In this document: positions 49,487-63,370 of the stretch, in pieces
Layout: each line of letters opens with the position of its first letter
Numbering within the stretch: position 1 is the stretch's first letter
Origin: Eledone cirrhosa
Lineage: Eukaryota
DNA: 64,000 bases
Assembly: GCA_964016885.1 (NCBI GenBank)
Contig: OZ024741.1
Location: 192,014,001 to 192,078,000, forward strand
Direction: 5' to 3'
Made by a program: the position numbers and the translations under genes
Notes under the pieces: model-generated
What the model was told of the DNA's origin: nothing
Database searches by the model: none
The model's input: only the letters and a program-made list of their open reading frames with translations

Positions 49487-51100
49487 TGTCCATTTTTCCA
49501 TGCTAGCATGGGTTAGATGAATTGTCCCATTGAGAGACAAGTCAAATCAGACGACACTGTCTTGCTCATACAGGGCTGATCATGGCTTGGTTCCTGTGGA
49601 TGGATGCCCTTCCTTGTACCAACCTCATTTACAGTGAGTACTAGATGCTTTTTGTTGTGATACCTACATGGCCACTTTACAGTGTGGGCTAGCACTTTTT
49701 ATCGTGATACATACACAACAACGTTACAGTATGGACTGGGCACTTTTTGTCATATCACCCACAGAACCACTTTACAGTGTACCCTGGGTGCTTTTTGTCA
49801 TGTCACCCACACAACCACTTTACAGTGTGGACTGGCCACATTTTGTCATGTCACCCACATGACCACTTTACAGCGTGGGCTGGGTGCATTATATTGAGGC
49901 ACCAATACAACCACTTTACAGTGTGGGCTGTGTGCATTATATTGTGGCACCAATACAACCACTTTACAGTGTGGGCTGGGTGCTTTATATTGTGGCACCA
50001 ATACAACCACTTTACAGTGTGGGCTGGGTGACTTATATTGAGGCACCAATACAACCACTTTACAGTGTGGGCTGTGTGCATTATATTGTGGCACCAATAC
50101 AACCACTTTACAGTGTGGGCTGGGTGACTTATATTGTGGCACCAATGCAACCACTTTACAGTGTGGACTGGGTGCTTTATATTGTGGAACCAATACAACC
50201 ACTTTACAGTGTGGGCTGGGTGACTTATATTGTGGCACCAATGCAACCACTTTACAGTGTGGGCTGGGTGCTTTATATTGTGGCACCAATACAACCACTT
50301 TACAGTGTGCACTGGGTGACATATTGTGGCACCAATACGACCACTTTACAGTGTGAACTGGGTGACATATTGTGGCACCAATACAACCACTTTACAGTGT
50401 GCACTGGGTGACATATTGTGGCACCAATACAACCACTTTACAGTGTGAACTGGGTGACATATTGTGACACCAATACAAACACTTTACAGTGTGGACTGGG
50501 TGACATATTGTGGCACCAATACAAACACTTTACAGTGTGAACTGGGTGACATATTGTGGCACCAATACGACCACTTTACAGTGTGAACTGGGTGACATAT
50601 TGTGGCACCAATACAAACACTTTACAGTGTGGACTGGGTGACATATTGTGGCACCAATGCAACCACTTTACAGTGTGGGATGGGTGCTTTATATTGTGGC
50701 ACCAATACAACCACTTTACAGTGTGGACTGGGTGACTTATATTGTGGCACCAATACAACCACTTTACAGTGTGGACTGGGTGACATATTGTGGCACCAAT
50801 GCAACCACTTTACAGTGTGCACTGGGTGACATATTGTGGCACCAATGCAACCACTTTACAGTGTGGGATGGGTGCTTTATATTGTGGCCAATACAACCAC
50901 TTTACAGAATGGACTGGATGACTTATCTGGCAATGGGTGAGGTGTTAGGGCATGGATGGAGTGTTAGGACATGGGTGGTGTATGGGAAGGGAGGGAAAGG
51001 AAGGTGGTGCATACTAGATGTATGCTTCAACCTTTTCCCATCACGATCCTGTGTCATCGCCCTTGAGAGGTTCAATTATATGAAGTCAGCTTTTATCAGT
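49487..51100 (-). repeat. RTE 3' end with a 46-48-bp unit amplified about 27 times
   Basis: ATATTGTGGCACCAATACAACCACTTTACAGTGTGGGCTGGGTG tandem array at 49630-50915. Confidence 0.9.
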
Positions 51101-51389
51101 CCAGATATTTTGCTGCCCTTTTTATGTAGATGTTCAAGCAAAATATTAACCTCAAACGTAAACCATCCCCCATTTAACATTCATTTTTTTTGTCACATAT
51201 ACTCAGCTTATACATGAGTATATACAGTATATCCCGGTTTTTAGAAAAGGTACACTGTTTTGCTGTATGTCGTAAGAAGTGACTGAAAAGGTTGGCATCA
51301 GGCTGTAAAACATTGCCTCAAAACATCGTGTACAACCAATGCCAGCATGGAAAAGTAGATATAAAAATTATGATGATAATGATGATGAT

Positions 51390-54325
51390 GATCATCATCA
51401 TCATCATTTTACGTCTGCTTTTCTCTGCTTGTAAGGGTGGAACGTGTCCTCTTCAGCACAGCATCTCTCCATTCGTCATGGTCCCTTGTCATCTCCTCCG
51501 TGAGCTTCAGCGATCTGAGGTCAGCTCTCAACACCTCAACCCATGTTTTTTGTGGTCTTCCTCTACTACGTCTTCTTTCCACCGGGATTTCCTGCCACTT
51601 CTTCACCCAGTGGTCATATTTCATGCGCATCACATGGCCATACCAACGCAGTCATCTCTCCTGCACACTACAGTTTATCCCTCTTATACACAGTTTCTCT
51701 CTCAACTCTTCCTTGTTTGGTTGTTCATGCACATTGACATTGCACATCCATCGGAGCATGCTTGGTTTATTTCTCTCCAGCCGTCACATATCCTCCGCAG
51801 TTGCTGCTGATGTCTCACTACCATGCAGCATTGCACATCTGACACAAACATCATATAACCGACCTTCCATTCATAGGGAGAAACCCTTCATTGTCAACAG
51901 AGGAAGCAGCACCCTAAACTTCTTCCATCCTTTCCTTATTCTAGATACGATGGCCTCGGAATACCTGCCTCCCATGCTAATCTGATCACCTAGGTACTGG
52001 AAGCTATCAATCACCTCTATAGATCCTAACTGCATTTGAAAAATGTGCCTATCACTGACACTTCTATCAATTTTCCATGAACATATGAAGTTTTCCCTTC
52101 CTGTTAGTTTGCCTGCTATCCCACTACATCTCTTGTGTACCCAAGAACTGCATTATGTACATTTTATAGAGTTTATGCCAACTCCTTTTCTACATATCGA
52201 ACATGGCATTTCCCTGATGGAATCAGAGTCTTGTCCTCTTTCTTACTTATCAATACTTTAGTCTTTGCTAGGTTCACTCTCAGTCCTCTTGATTCCAACT
52301 GCTGTTTCCATAGCCAGAATTTATTCTCTAGCTCCTCTACTGATTCTGCTATAAGTACCAGATCGTCAGCATAGAGAAGTTCCCATGGGCAGCCAGTCTT
52401 AAACTCCTCTGTTATGGCTTGGAGAACTATAATGAATAAGAGTGGGCTGAGGACCAAACCTTGATGAACTCCTACTTGTATCTGGAATTCCTCACTAAAC
52501 TCCATTCCTACTCTCACTTTACAGACAGCTCCTCTGTACATAGCTTGCACTGTTCACACAAGCCATTCCTCTACACCTAGTTTCCTTAGGGACCACCAGA
52601 TGACAGATCGGGGTACTCTATCAAAGGCTTCGCTAGGTCAACAAAAGTTAAATATATTGTCTTATTCTTCCCTAAGAACCTCTCTTGCAGTTGCCTCACT
52701 AAGAAGAGGTTATCTGTTGTACTTTTCACAGGCACAAAACCAAACTGCATCTCATCTAATTTGACTCTTTCTCTAATTAGTTGTGCTAGCATTCTTTCTG
52801 TCACTTTCATAAACTGATCCATCAGTTTTATGCCCCTATAATTGCTCCTCTCCAGAGAGCATCCTCTTTACCATTGTAGCAATTTACAAGAATACTGGTG
52901 CACCAGTCTTTGGGTATGACTCTGCCATATATAGTTTGATTGACTATTCGTGCAACCAGTTTAGTTCCTACTTCTCCTGATGCCTTCAGCATCTCAGCAA
53001 CTAACTCTGACGGTCCAGCGGGGTAGTTTCTCTCTCTTCCATTCATTCTCAACATTCATCAGTCTCTCATAATGACATTTCCAGGCCTCCTATTTCTAAG
53101 CATCACTGACACTAAATGCACCATCATCATTTCGGACACACGTATCTCCAACAACATCCTGATTTATACTGACACACTGTCTTGCAATGCGGAACACCTC
53201 ACATCTCTGATCCTCTCATCGCAGAACCTCCTACTCTCAGCTTCCCTGCGTGCTAAGTATACCCGATATCTAGCCTCTCTATTAGCAGCTGAGTATCAGT
53301 CGCTACTACTCCCATTTTGCCAATCCTTCCATGCTTGTCTTTTGTCTTTAATGGCTCTAACTACTGTGCTGTTCCACCACCAAGTTACCCTCTGTCTGGC
53401 TGGCGCTTTGCTCCAGCCACAAATCTCTTCAGTTGCTTGCAGTAGGTTGTTGCGTAAGAACTTCCAGTTATCACCTATATCATACAATTCTAATTCGTCT
53501 TCTTTTTTGTCATACACACCTTGAAGGGCTTTCCTAAATTTATATTTAAGTGAAAGGTCCTTTAGCTCCCAGACCTTCCTGTTTGTCTCTTGCTTATTGA
53601 GATGTCACTAATGACTAACTTATGTTGGGGGGCACATTCTTCCCCAGGGTATGCCTTAGTATTTGTAACCATTTGTCTGTCTCATTATTTAACTAGCAAG
53701 AAGTCAATCTGGCTTATGTGCTCGCCTGATTGGTAGGTTATTAGGCGATTGGCAGATTTCCTGAAGTTAGTGTTGCAAATTGTTAGTTCACTTGCATCAC
53801 AAAATTCAAAAAGCCTCACTCCTTCTTCGGGTCTTGAGCCATAACCATGACCACCATGTACCCCAGTGTATCCATTCTGGAGTTGTCCAACATGACCATT
53901 GAAGTCACCTGCTAGTATGACTAGGTCTCTGTCCTCTGTCATTGTGGTTGTCTCTAGAAGTTGCTCGTAAAAGCAGTCCTCTTCTTTACCTAGGCCTGCT
54001 TGGGGAGCTTAGGTAGAGATAATTGTCAGTGGTCTATTGCCTACAGCTAATCTAATCTTAATGATTCTATTATTTACTCTATTGTCTTGTTGAGCTACTT
54101 CTCAGCCAGGAAAATGCCTACCCCACCTAACCCATCATCATTTCATACCCAGAAAAGCTTATAGCTAAGCTGTTTGCCTGCGATTAGTCTTGCTGAGGCA
54201 CCTCTCCATCTCACCTCTTGCAAGCAGTTCACATCAACATGTCTTCTCTCTAGCATCTCCACTACCTACCAGATCCACCTCTCAGGGTGCCAACATTAAG
54301 TGTAGCAACCCTGAGATGTGTCATC
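51390..54325 (-). mobile_element. Near full-length degraded RTE LINE (APE + RT)
   Basis: LRVATLNVGTL, CLQEVRW, AGDFNGHVG, WWWN, QFGF, GVHQG, YADD; (CAT)n tail. Confidence 0.92.
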
Positions 54326-54782
54326 TTTCGTTGAATATATATATCTATACTACATTGTGATTAGTTCAATTTCCGATCAACATCAGGCTTCTTATTCCCA
54401 GATATAGGAGCAGTACTCCGTTGTGGATCTCACCTGAGCTTTGTCTAAAGTTTGTAGTTTGTATTTCTTAGCTCTAAAGAGAATAGCTAGTCTTGCAATG
54501 TAGTTATGTTGAAGATGGGAGTTTGCCAAGCAAGATACTCAATAATGGTGATAATTGTAGTGACTTTGAGGGTTCTAGTTGAGTGATGTTCATGTTGTAG
54601 TTGTGGTGATAGTTACAGTGTTTGTGCTTGTTGTAATTGGTTGTGGTGGCAGTGGTGTAACCTGACTATAGTGACCAGAGTGGTTGTGGTAGTAGTTTCA
54701 TACTGAAAACTAAAGATACTATAATCTTTACTTAAACAATATTTAATCTGTTTAAAATGACAAACAAGAAAGAAGGACTTAC

Positions 54783-54890
54783 TTGTTGAAGAAGTTTCAC
54801 ACGAGTAGCACGATCTGGTGAAGAAAACAATTTTATAACACAGGGAACAATTTTTTTCTGGTATTCCTCAGATTGTAAAAGTTTCCCCAC
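54783..54890 (-). CDS. SCYL1: SCYL1 exon (HEAT repeats): [36 protein letters not shown]
   Basis: TTTCAG acceptor, GTAAGT donor, 108 bp, in frame. Confidence 0.93.
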
Positions 54891-55049
54891 CTGAAATTGA
54901 TTGGAAGAAATATTAAGAAACAGACAATATTACTGCATAGGTGAGCATTAGGGTTATATTTCTAGATGGAGTGATATCAACTGGTCATCATAATGAAAGA
55001 TTTTGTATCTGTTTTACACAAGTTTTCTATCTCACAGATCAAACCTCTT

Positions 55050-56270
55050 TGTATCATCATCCTTGGCTTTATGTCCATGCTTGCATGGCTTAGATAATAG
55101 GTTAGGTTGCATAGGTAGAATATCTTTCCACTTGTCTCTAGCTTGTGTCATCTCCTTTGTAAAGTTTAGTATCTTGAGATCAGCTTTTATCACTACTGCC
55201 CAATTTATTCTTAGTCTTTTTTGTCCATGAGTTCTTTCCACTTTTTTACCCAACACTCATCATCCACGCACATTACATGTCTGCACCAATGTTATCTTCT
55301 TTCCTGCTCTTCACATATGTTTTCTTTCATACCTAGTTTTACTTTCAACTCATCTGTGCTATGTCATTCATGTACACTAACATCACACATGCAACACAGC
55401 ATGCTTGATTCATTTCTTTTTGGACTTCATATATTCTCCATATTCAGTGTTCATGTCTCACTACCATGAAGTATTACAGTCGTGTGCAAGCATCATATAA
55501 TTTATCCTTCACTTAAAGAGAGAATACCTTTGTTGTCAACACAGGTAGTAGTACCCAGAACATTTTCCACTCTTTTCTTATTTCAGCTACTATGCTTTCA
55601 GAGCTACCTGAATTGGAGAAAGTTTATTTCACTTGTGATCTATCCCTGTGAATCTATCTCCTCTGTTAATCTGCAATCTCACTATACCACCTGTAGAGCC
55701 ATATTTTACACTGAGTACACTATTTGGAATTTCTACCCACTCCTTTTCTGTATGTTGAGCATAGCCATTTCTCTGGTGTCTTTTTTTCTAATTACTAAAA
55801 CTTTAATTTTGACTCAGTTTACTCAGTCTTTTTGATTCCACATGTGTAATTTCTTCTGTAGATCTTCCACAGATTCTGCTATAAGAACTAGGTCATCAAC
55901 ATAAAGGAGTTCCCACAGACAATTGGTCTTAAACTCCTCAGTAATGGTCTAGAGAACTATAATAAACAGAAGAGGGTTGAGGACTGGGTTCTGATTTCGA
56001 TGCATACTAAATTCTTCATTGAACTTATTGCTAACTCTCACTTTCCGCATGGCATCTTTGTACATGGCTGGCACTGCTTTCACAGGCCATTCATCTATGT
56101 CAGGTTTTCTTAAAGGCCACCAGCCTAAAGTGTGTGGTACCTTGTTAAAGGACTTCTCCAAATTAATGGCAGTTATAGTGGTTTACTCTTGTAGTTGTCT
56201 CATCAAGAAAAGGATATCAGTTGCAATCTAACAAATCCAAACTGTATCCTATCTAATTTAATCTGAGCTA
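55050..56270 (-). mobile_element. Old RTE LINE fragment
   Basis: degenerate RT motifs (PLLFIIVL, WELLYVDDL). Confidence 0.75.
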
Positions 56271-56384
56271 TGTAAACTTGTCACTTTTTACTTCAGAAAA
56301 TATAACCGACATTATGCTCACATGTACTGAGTGCTTATTCAGCTAATGCTAGACTGTTCTATAAATGTGTGTACATAAAACACC

Positions 56385-56862
56385 CTTCAATAAGGGCTCC
56401 GTCCTTAGCCCCCTCCTATTTATTATTGCCCTTCAGGCTATAACAGAGAAGTTCAAGACCAGCTGCCCATGGGAACTCCTATACGCTGATGATCTAACGC
56501 TTATAGCTGAACTAGAGAAGAAATTTCACTGAGGAACTGGAGTCATATGACTCCAGTTCCTCAGTGAAATAACAACCCAACAAGGAACTGGGCATATCAG
56601 AGTATTGACAATATTATACACCTCAACAACATATGTACTTGTCTATACCATACTAATTCAAACTGCCTGAAGAGGTCACAGCCAAAGATGGCTATCACTG
56701 AAATATATATAGCAGTAATAAACGAAGCTAAATTTTAATCATTTGACTTTTATTTAACTTTATTTTACACTACTCCGGAGTAACCAAACCAACCTGCGCA
56801 CTTTGTCGAGTGCTCCAGCCTGCATACTGAGGTGTTGGTATACAACCAACATAAACTCAAAA

Positions 56863-56932
<70 letters not shown>

Positions 56933-57910
56933 AAGAAAGGTGTAGTGGAACCTCGGGTAGTTTAGCTAACAATGGAGGTTTTACATGAAACCATTGCACT
57001 GGAGCAGTAAGCAGCAAATGACCACAGGAAACAAGTGTTATTAAATTCTGGGAAGGTTTGGTAAAAGCAGTAGTCAGCTTCTGCTACCTGGGTGACCAAA
57101 TCAGAGTGGAGGAGTGTGTTCCGAAAGTGCAGTAGCCAAAGTGAGAACGCGAGGGACCTGTTACCACTGCTAGCTACAACAGGCTTTTCCCTCAAAATGA
57201 AAGACAGACTGTATGATGTATGCATACGAACAATAATGTTGTATGGTAGTGAGACCTGGGTGCTGTGTGTAGAAGACTTGTGTAGATTGGAAAGCAATGA
57301 AACTTGCATGCTTCGATAGATGTGTAATAGTTATATGAACGGCAAAGCATAAATGAATTGAGAAATAATCTAGGCATAAGAGGAATAAGATGCAGTATGC
57401 AGGAGAGGAGATTACGTTGGTATGGATATGTGATGCGTATGAAGAATGACAGCTATATAAAAAAATGCAGAGTGCTCAAATTGATGGAAGTTACGGAGTA
57501 GGAAGACCCAGGAAGACTTGGGATGACGGGATAAAAGCTCACCTTGCATAATTGCACCTCTCAAAGCAATGACACTGAACTGAGATCTTTGGCATTTTAC
57601 AGTAATACAGAAGTCCGCCTTCCCATGAGCACAGGCTGAAACATACATCTAGTATGCACCACCTCCATCCCTCCCTTCCATTCACCTCCTATGTCATAAC
57701 TGCAAAGTGGTCATGTAGGTCTCACGACAAAAAGCACCTAACACTCACTGTAAATGTGGTTGGCATTAGAAAAGGCATCTTGCTGTAGAAACCAAGCCAA
57801 AATCAGTTCTGTATGAGCAAGATATGGTCACCTGCCCTGGCCTATCTTACAACAGGACAACTGATTTAACCCATGCTAGCATGGAAAATGGATGTTAAAT
57901 GGTGATGATG
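56385..57910 (+). mobile_element. RTE fragment interrupted by a hammerhead-bearing insert (about 56523-56790)
   Basis: YADD at about 56480; LYGSETW in 57092..57319; GAT tail at about 57905. Confidence 0.8.
56662..56716 (+). ncRNA. Minimal type I hammerhead ribozyme motif
   Basis: ACTGC-CTGAAGA-stem II (AGCCA/TGGCT)-GAAA-TATATA-TA-GCAGT. Confidence 0.82.
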
Positions 57911-58739
57911 ACGTGTGTGTGTGTGTGAAGAAAAATAGTCTCTTTGGAATTATATGTATGGGATTATTCCAGACAAACGTAAAACAGCTATTTCCCTTGA
58001 AATGAACTGCCACTCATATTGCCCAGCAAATGTATGGGATGATTCAGATATGAAACTTTGGTTAATGATGTTCTTGACAATATCAGAACTCTATCAATAT
58101 ATGTATTTATAGCAGGGTCACTAAGTTTTAGTAACGAGACTATCCTTTCACCCTTATTGGGTGAAAATCTGTTGATACAGATATAATTATTTTAAATGTA
58201 TCTCATGCACATCCAAACATATACATCATATTTGAAGAAGTGTTACTGTTAACTTCGGAATGACAGGATGAATGAATAAACAATGCGAGTGAGAAATATG
58301 TAATTCCAAAGAGAAAGAGATAGAATAAAAATTCATAGAAATATGTAATTCTAAACAGAGGGAGATAGAATAAAAGTTCATCATTTGACAATGTGAAGAA
58401 AGGCAGAGAAATTAGTTGACATGCATATCTTCTTGAAATATATCTGTCCTAGTTAACTCTTGTAATGATTTAGTAGAAAACATCTAAAAACAGGTTTTCA
58501 AATGTTTATAGTATCATTACTAGTGGATGGATTGTTATGAAAAATTGCATTAAAGTAAATGTGATGCAGTCATAGTACTGTTTTGTACTTTCCAAGAATG
58601 TCTTTCTAATGCAGTTTAATGTGGTACAGAATGTAAAGAGTTAATATCATTCATCACTCAAAGCAGCATATATATTCAGGATGATCAAATCTAATCCCTT
58701 CCAAAGTTTTCTCTATTGTTATTATCAACAGAATTTTAC

Positions 58740-58898
58740 CTTGAAGAGTGGTGCCAATACTGCAGAACCAGCATTACCATATTGAAAAGCATCTAATAAT
58801 TGAGGGAGTATTTTGTGTTTACAAAACTGTTTGGGAAAGGAGTCTATGGCAGGAGTCAAGTTGCTGAAGAATTGGTTTTTAGCTGCTTGATCTTGGAT
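58740..58898 (-). CDS. SCYL1: SCYL1 exon: IQDQAAKNQFF...FCKHKILPQLLDAFQYGNAGSAVLAPLFK
   Basis: TTTTAG acceptor, GTAAAA donor, 159 bp, in frame; conserved FC.HK.LPQLL.AF..GNAG motif. Confidence 0.93.
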
Positions 58899-59908
58899 CT
58901 AAAATGAATGGTAGAATGACATCACAATAAAATCATTTCATATGATAAAATACATGTGTAAAATATAAAAATTTATAAGTCATCAATTTCATCTAATACA
59001 TATATTACTTGTTTTGGCCTCTAACTCTTATTGAAGCCATAGAGGTGTTGTTGTTACATGCTCTACACCATTCTTCTCTATTTGTCATGGTTGTGAGTCT
59101 GATCTTGAGTCACCACTAGAGATTTGCCTGATCATCTTTTCCTGTGTTCCTTCTCTCCTCTATAGTTCCTTTCAGAATGGCCTTTGCAATGTCATCAAAT
59201 CTTGTTATATGTCCATACCATTTAAATTTTCTCCACACACAAAGTATCTATTCTTTTTTTCTCCACACAAAGTATCTATTCTTTTATATTTCTGTGCAAA
59301 AGCACAAAGTACTCAATACACACTTGTGTTAGAAGTGTGTAAAGTTTGTTATAATTGTATGTTGGTGACCAGGAATATTTCCTCATACCTTAGGTAGTTA
59401 GTCAATCACTTTTGCCTTTCCTAACACGAACTACATTAGTGTGTACTATTGTAGCCTAGAGAGGTTGTTATGCCCTTAGCAAAACTAAAACGCCCTCTCT
59501 ACCCTACATTGTCCTTGTTAATTCATTTTTTTCCCCACACCACAGAGTAAAAAAATGAAACAGTAAAAGATAAAACATATTTTTTTAAGTTTCTAGGCTT
59601 GCTAGAAATAACATCCAAATTTTTTAAAATCATACTCTACAATATTAAAAATGGAATGACACATTGGAAAATGTAAACTTAGACAGTATGTCTAAAAAGA
59701 ATGAAAGATTATAAGTCTATAGTATCAGAGCTGACCTTTTGACTGGTTCATGCTGTTACCATTGGATATTACATATATACACATGCATAACACTAATAAG
59801 CTAAAATTTCTAAGCAGAAAGTGTATATACAAACAGTAATTCAATATCTACTTCATCACTAAATAATACAAAAGTTACATCCAAACATAAAATATTAAGA
59901 TTACCCAC

Positions 59909-60064
59909 TTGGATTTCTTCCAAGAACATAATAGTCTTCACAAAACTATTATCCATAAAATTGCCATTTTCTTGGCAGCTTTGGAGGAAAGCTGAAGCAT
60001 TTGGTCGACTTTTGGGATTGGCACTGACTAATTGACAATAATTTCGTACTAAATTCTTGGGAAT
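59909..60064 (-). CDS. SCYL1: SCYL1 exon (end of pseudokinase domain): [52 protein letters not shown]
   Basis: TTACAG acceptor, GTGGGT donor, 156 bp, phase 0/0; peptide resembles recalled vertebrate SCYL1 (IPK..YCELV.ANPK.RP...FLEEIQ). Confidence 0.93.
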
Positions 60065-60854
60065 CTGTAATGAAGAAAATATCCAATTAATACTAAGTGA
60101 GATAAAAAACACAAAATATATTCCTGTTATAGTTAATGTAATCTTATTCGTTATTCATTCTTATAAAAGAATACCATTGGTTTTCTAATTAAATAAACTC
60201 TCTAACTCTGCAAAAATAGTTTCTAACCATTTGAATCTTTATCTCAAAGCAAGCCCTGATCAGTTTTTCCAAGTTTTACTAGGAGAGGAAGATGCAGTGC
60301 TCCAGTGAATTTTATGAAATGTAGATGAAAGTGGCAAAATTAGGATGACTAAATAAGCCTATCCTAACCATGTAGGCTGTACTCAAGAACTGGGAGATGA
60401 CACTTGTTTTTGGTGTATTAGAAAAATCTGGGATTTTGGGTAGGGTGCCCCAAATTAACTTATATGCTTGCTTCTCATTGTGAATTTTTTTTAAAATTTT
60501 TTTTATTTATTCCAACTCTTTACGTTTTGAATTCAAATTCTATCGAAGACAGCTTTGCCTGTCATCCTTTATGTGTTGATAAGTACCAGTCAAATACTAG
60601 GATCAATTTAATCAACAAGCTCCCCACCTTAAATTTCTGGCCTTGCACCTTTGTTAGAAATTATTATTATTATTTCTTTGCATGTCTGTCCATTCACATA
60701 CATCCCACTAAGTCTCAATCAGGGTCATGGAGTGGATGATGGATTTTATGATGCATTTTTCTCAGTACCATAGATAACTGTTGAAAGTTTGAGAAAGCAA
60801 GTAACAATGCATCCTATACACACACACAGTATATTCATAGATTCCAAAGGTTTA

Positions 60855-60883
60855 TCTATATATATAAAACTGAGGATGTCTGC

Positions 60884-60928
<45 letters not shown>

Positions 60929-61466
60929 TGTGAGTTTCAATCCCTAAAATTCGAGAAGTACCCAACAGATTTTTTTTAAACTTTACATGTATTACTTACG
61001 TTTCAGAGATGTTATGCACATAAAAAAATCAGACCGATTTCCTTGAAATTGTAACTATGTATCAGACCGATTTCCTTGAAATTGTAACTATGTATAAGTC
61101 AGTCTCTTCTTCATACCGTGAGCAAAGAAAATCCAACTTTCTTGTGGCCTAGGGCCCGCATTATGTGAAAAACTTCATTTTTTCAGCTTTTTAGGGCTTT
61201 TTTGAGGCGTTACGTCTAGCCGATTCTCCTGAAATTTCAAGGCATATTATGCACATAAAAAAAAAATCATTTTCTTGATCCCCAGGTGAGAACCTGCATT
61301 TTTCCTGCTTCATCGAGGAAAATCTTAAAAGATTATCCAGCCATCAGAGTATTCGGTTTATTTTCTTTACATATTATCCAGGCATGCAGTTCTTCCATGA
61401 TTATGTCTGTTGGTGGCCCGCGTTCCAAAATACCTTATCCCGTGCAACGCCGGGTACCACTGCTAG
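60855..61466 (+). mobile_element. Non-autonomous Helitron
   Basis: 5' TC(TATATATATAAAA), internal (GT)n, subterminal hairpin CCCG..CGGG at 61439-61454, 3' CTAG, inserted between A and T. Confidence 0.85.
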
Positions 61467-61499
61467 TATACAATATTTACAGATATATATATAGTCAGT

Positions 61500-63370
61500 A
61501 AAACCGATTAGAGTATTTGCAGGTTATACATTCCTTTTACAAATGTATGCACATTTAAAGACTGAATTGAATACAAGATACAATTGATAAAGTGCAGTTT
61601 GCTTTCTAAAAATTACATTGACAATGCTCTTTGCAAATAGTAGGCAGTAGCAGTGGGTATGATTTTCTGAATTTCTTTTATACAAGATTTACCTGGTATA
61701 TGATCCAAGAATTTGTCAGTTTGTTTATTTACCAGGCCCAGTGCTCTAACTATAACTGGAATAGCAATGGTTTTCATACCCCACACTTTTAAAATCTCTA
61801 TTTCAAGATCTTTGTACTTTGATATTTTTTTCAAATATTTTAAAGGGCACATTGCATTCAGCAGGTACTGCCATGTCAATCATGAGTTGTTTTTTTTTGT
61901 CTTTTATTATGATATCTGGTCTATTAGCTTTGATTGTCTTGTCAGTGTGTATTGTGAAATCCCACAGTATTATGACAATACCAATTTCTGTAACTGGATG
62001 TGGATGGTATTGATACCAGTTTTCCGTTGTTTCTTTTCCATAGAATTTACATATTTTCCAGTGGATGTACTGCCTCAGTCAGTCATGTCTGTTTTTCTAT
62101 TTAAGCAGTGCTAAGGAGGTGCAGGCAGATATTAGGTGATCCACTGTTTCTGTATTTCTATCGCAGAACCTGCATTTTGAATTATTATTTTCCCCCTATA
62201 TTTTTGGCAGATAATTTTTTGTGTCAAGACATTGGTCTCGTGCAGTCAGTATTAAACCTTCTGTTTTAGCTTTCAGTCTTGAATTGCATAGCCACTAATA
62301 GGTCTGGGTTTTGTTTGCATCTGCATGGTTCAAGTTAAGTACTGGCCATGTAGAGGTTTATTTTGCCATTTTATCTTCATCTGCTGAGGGGTTACTTCCT
62401 TTGCTCTTGTTTTGAGACCTTTGCTGCCATTGTTGGTGTTAGAGGAGTTTCGTGTGTCACAACTGTGTTCAGATTTATTTCCCATTTATATTTGGTGCTT
62501 TCTTTTATCACAGAGAAAAAGCTTTTTGCGAGTTTTGTGTTGTTTTACTGCTTGCATCATCTAATCATTGGTTACTTCAAGCATTTGGTAGGCCAGTTGT
62601 TGTTCTCAGGTAGGACATCTCCAATTGGATTAGACTTTTGCCTTCTTCAGATCTGGTCAGGTACAGTCACTCAATGTCCACTTTAGGGTGATGTATATGG
62701 GAACATGTGAGAAGTTTACAGGTTTTAGTGTCCATTCTTTTGATATCTTGTATTGTCCAGTTAATTATGTTAAAGCTATACTGAGCAGTTACTGCTAAGC
62801 TATTTATCGCAGATACTCTATTCTTTGAATTGAACTCTGTGTTTAAAAGAAATCACACTCACCTATGATATTCTTTTCTAATTTTTTCTTCCTTTTGAGT
62901 GTGACTTATCCCCACACCTTCAGGGTTGCCAAGATATTTGTAAGTGTCTTCTTCAAGTTCTTTTATTTTTGATTTTATGTCTAAGTCTATGTTAGAACTT
63001 GCAGTTACTTTGCCTTCCTTCAAGGTCAATTCTGCACATTTACCAAGGCCAAAATCCATTGCTCCATACGTAGTATTCCTTAGTTCATGAGAAAGAGGGA
63101 GTAATGCTATACAGAAGATTTCTTGAGTTTGTTGTGTCTTTGCTGTGTTTCAAGGAAAGAGTTGTCTTCTATGGACCCATACTTTGTTTCAAGAAATTTA
63201 TAATTGTTGGGGATATTTTGTAAATTTTAAGAAATCGAAGAATCTGTGAGTGGAGGACACTATCAGACACTTTGATAGTCTATCCAGTCTGTGTTGAGAT
63301 TTCATTCTTTGTAGAGCAGTTTTCCACTATTATTTTGTTTATGAGTAGTTGGTCTTTACAATGATATGAT
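61500..63370 (-). mobile_element. R4/Dong-like non-LTR retrotransposon with restriction-like endonuclease, degraded
   Basis: MDFGLGKCA, YKYLG, CRFC..ETVDHLISAC, NRPDII, K..KYKDL, IPVIV.ALG. Confidence 0.85.

Noticed and set aside
49630-50915. CRISPR-like array or repeat ORFs
   Set aside because: Same RTE-derived minisatellite in a eukaryotic context.
54365-54390. Hammerhead on the minus strand
   Set aside because: The core reads CTGATGT, not CTGANGA, and stems I and III are not supported.
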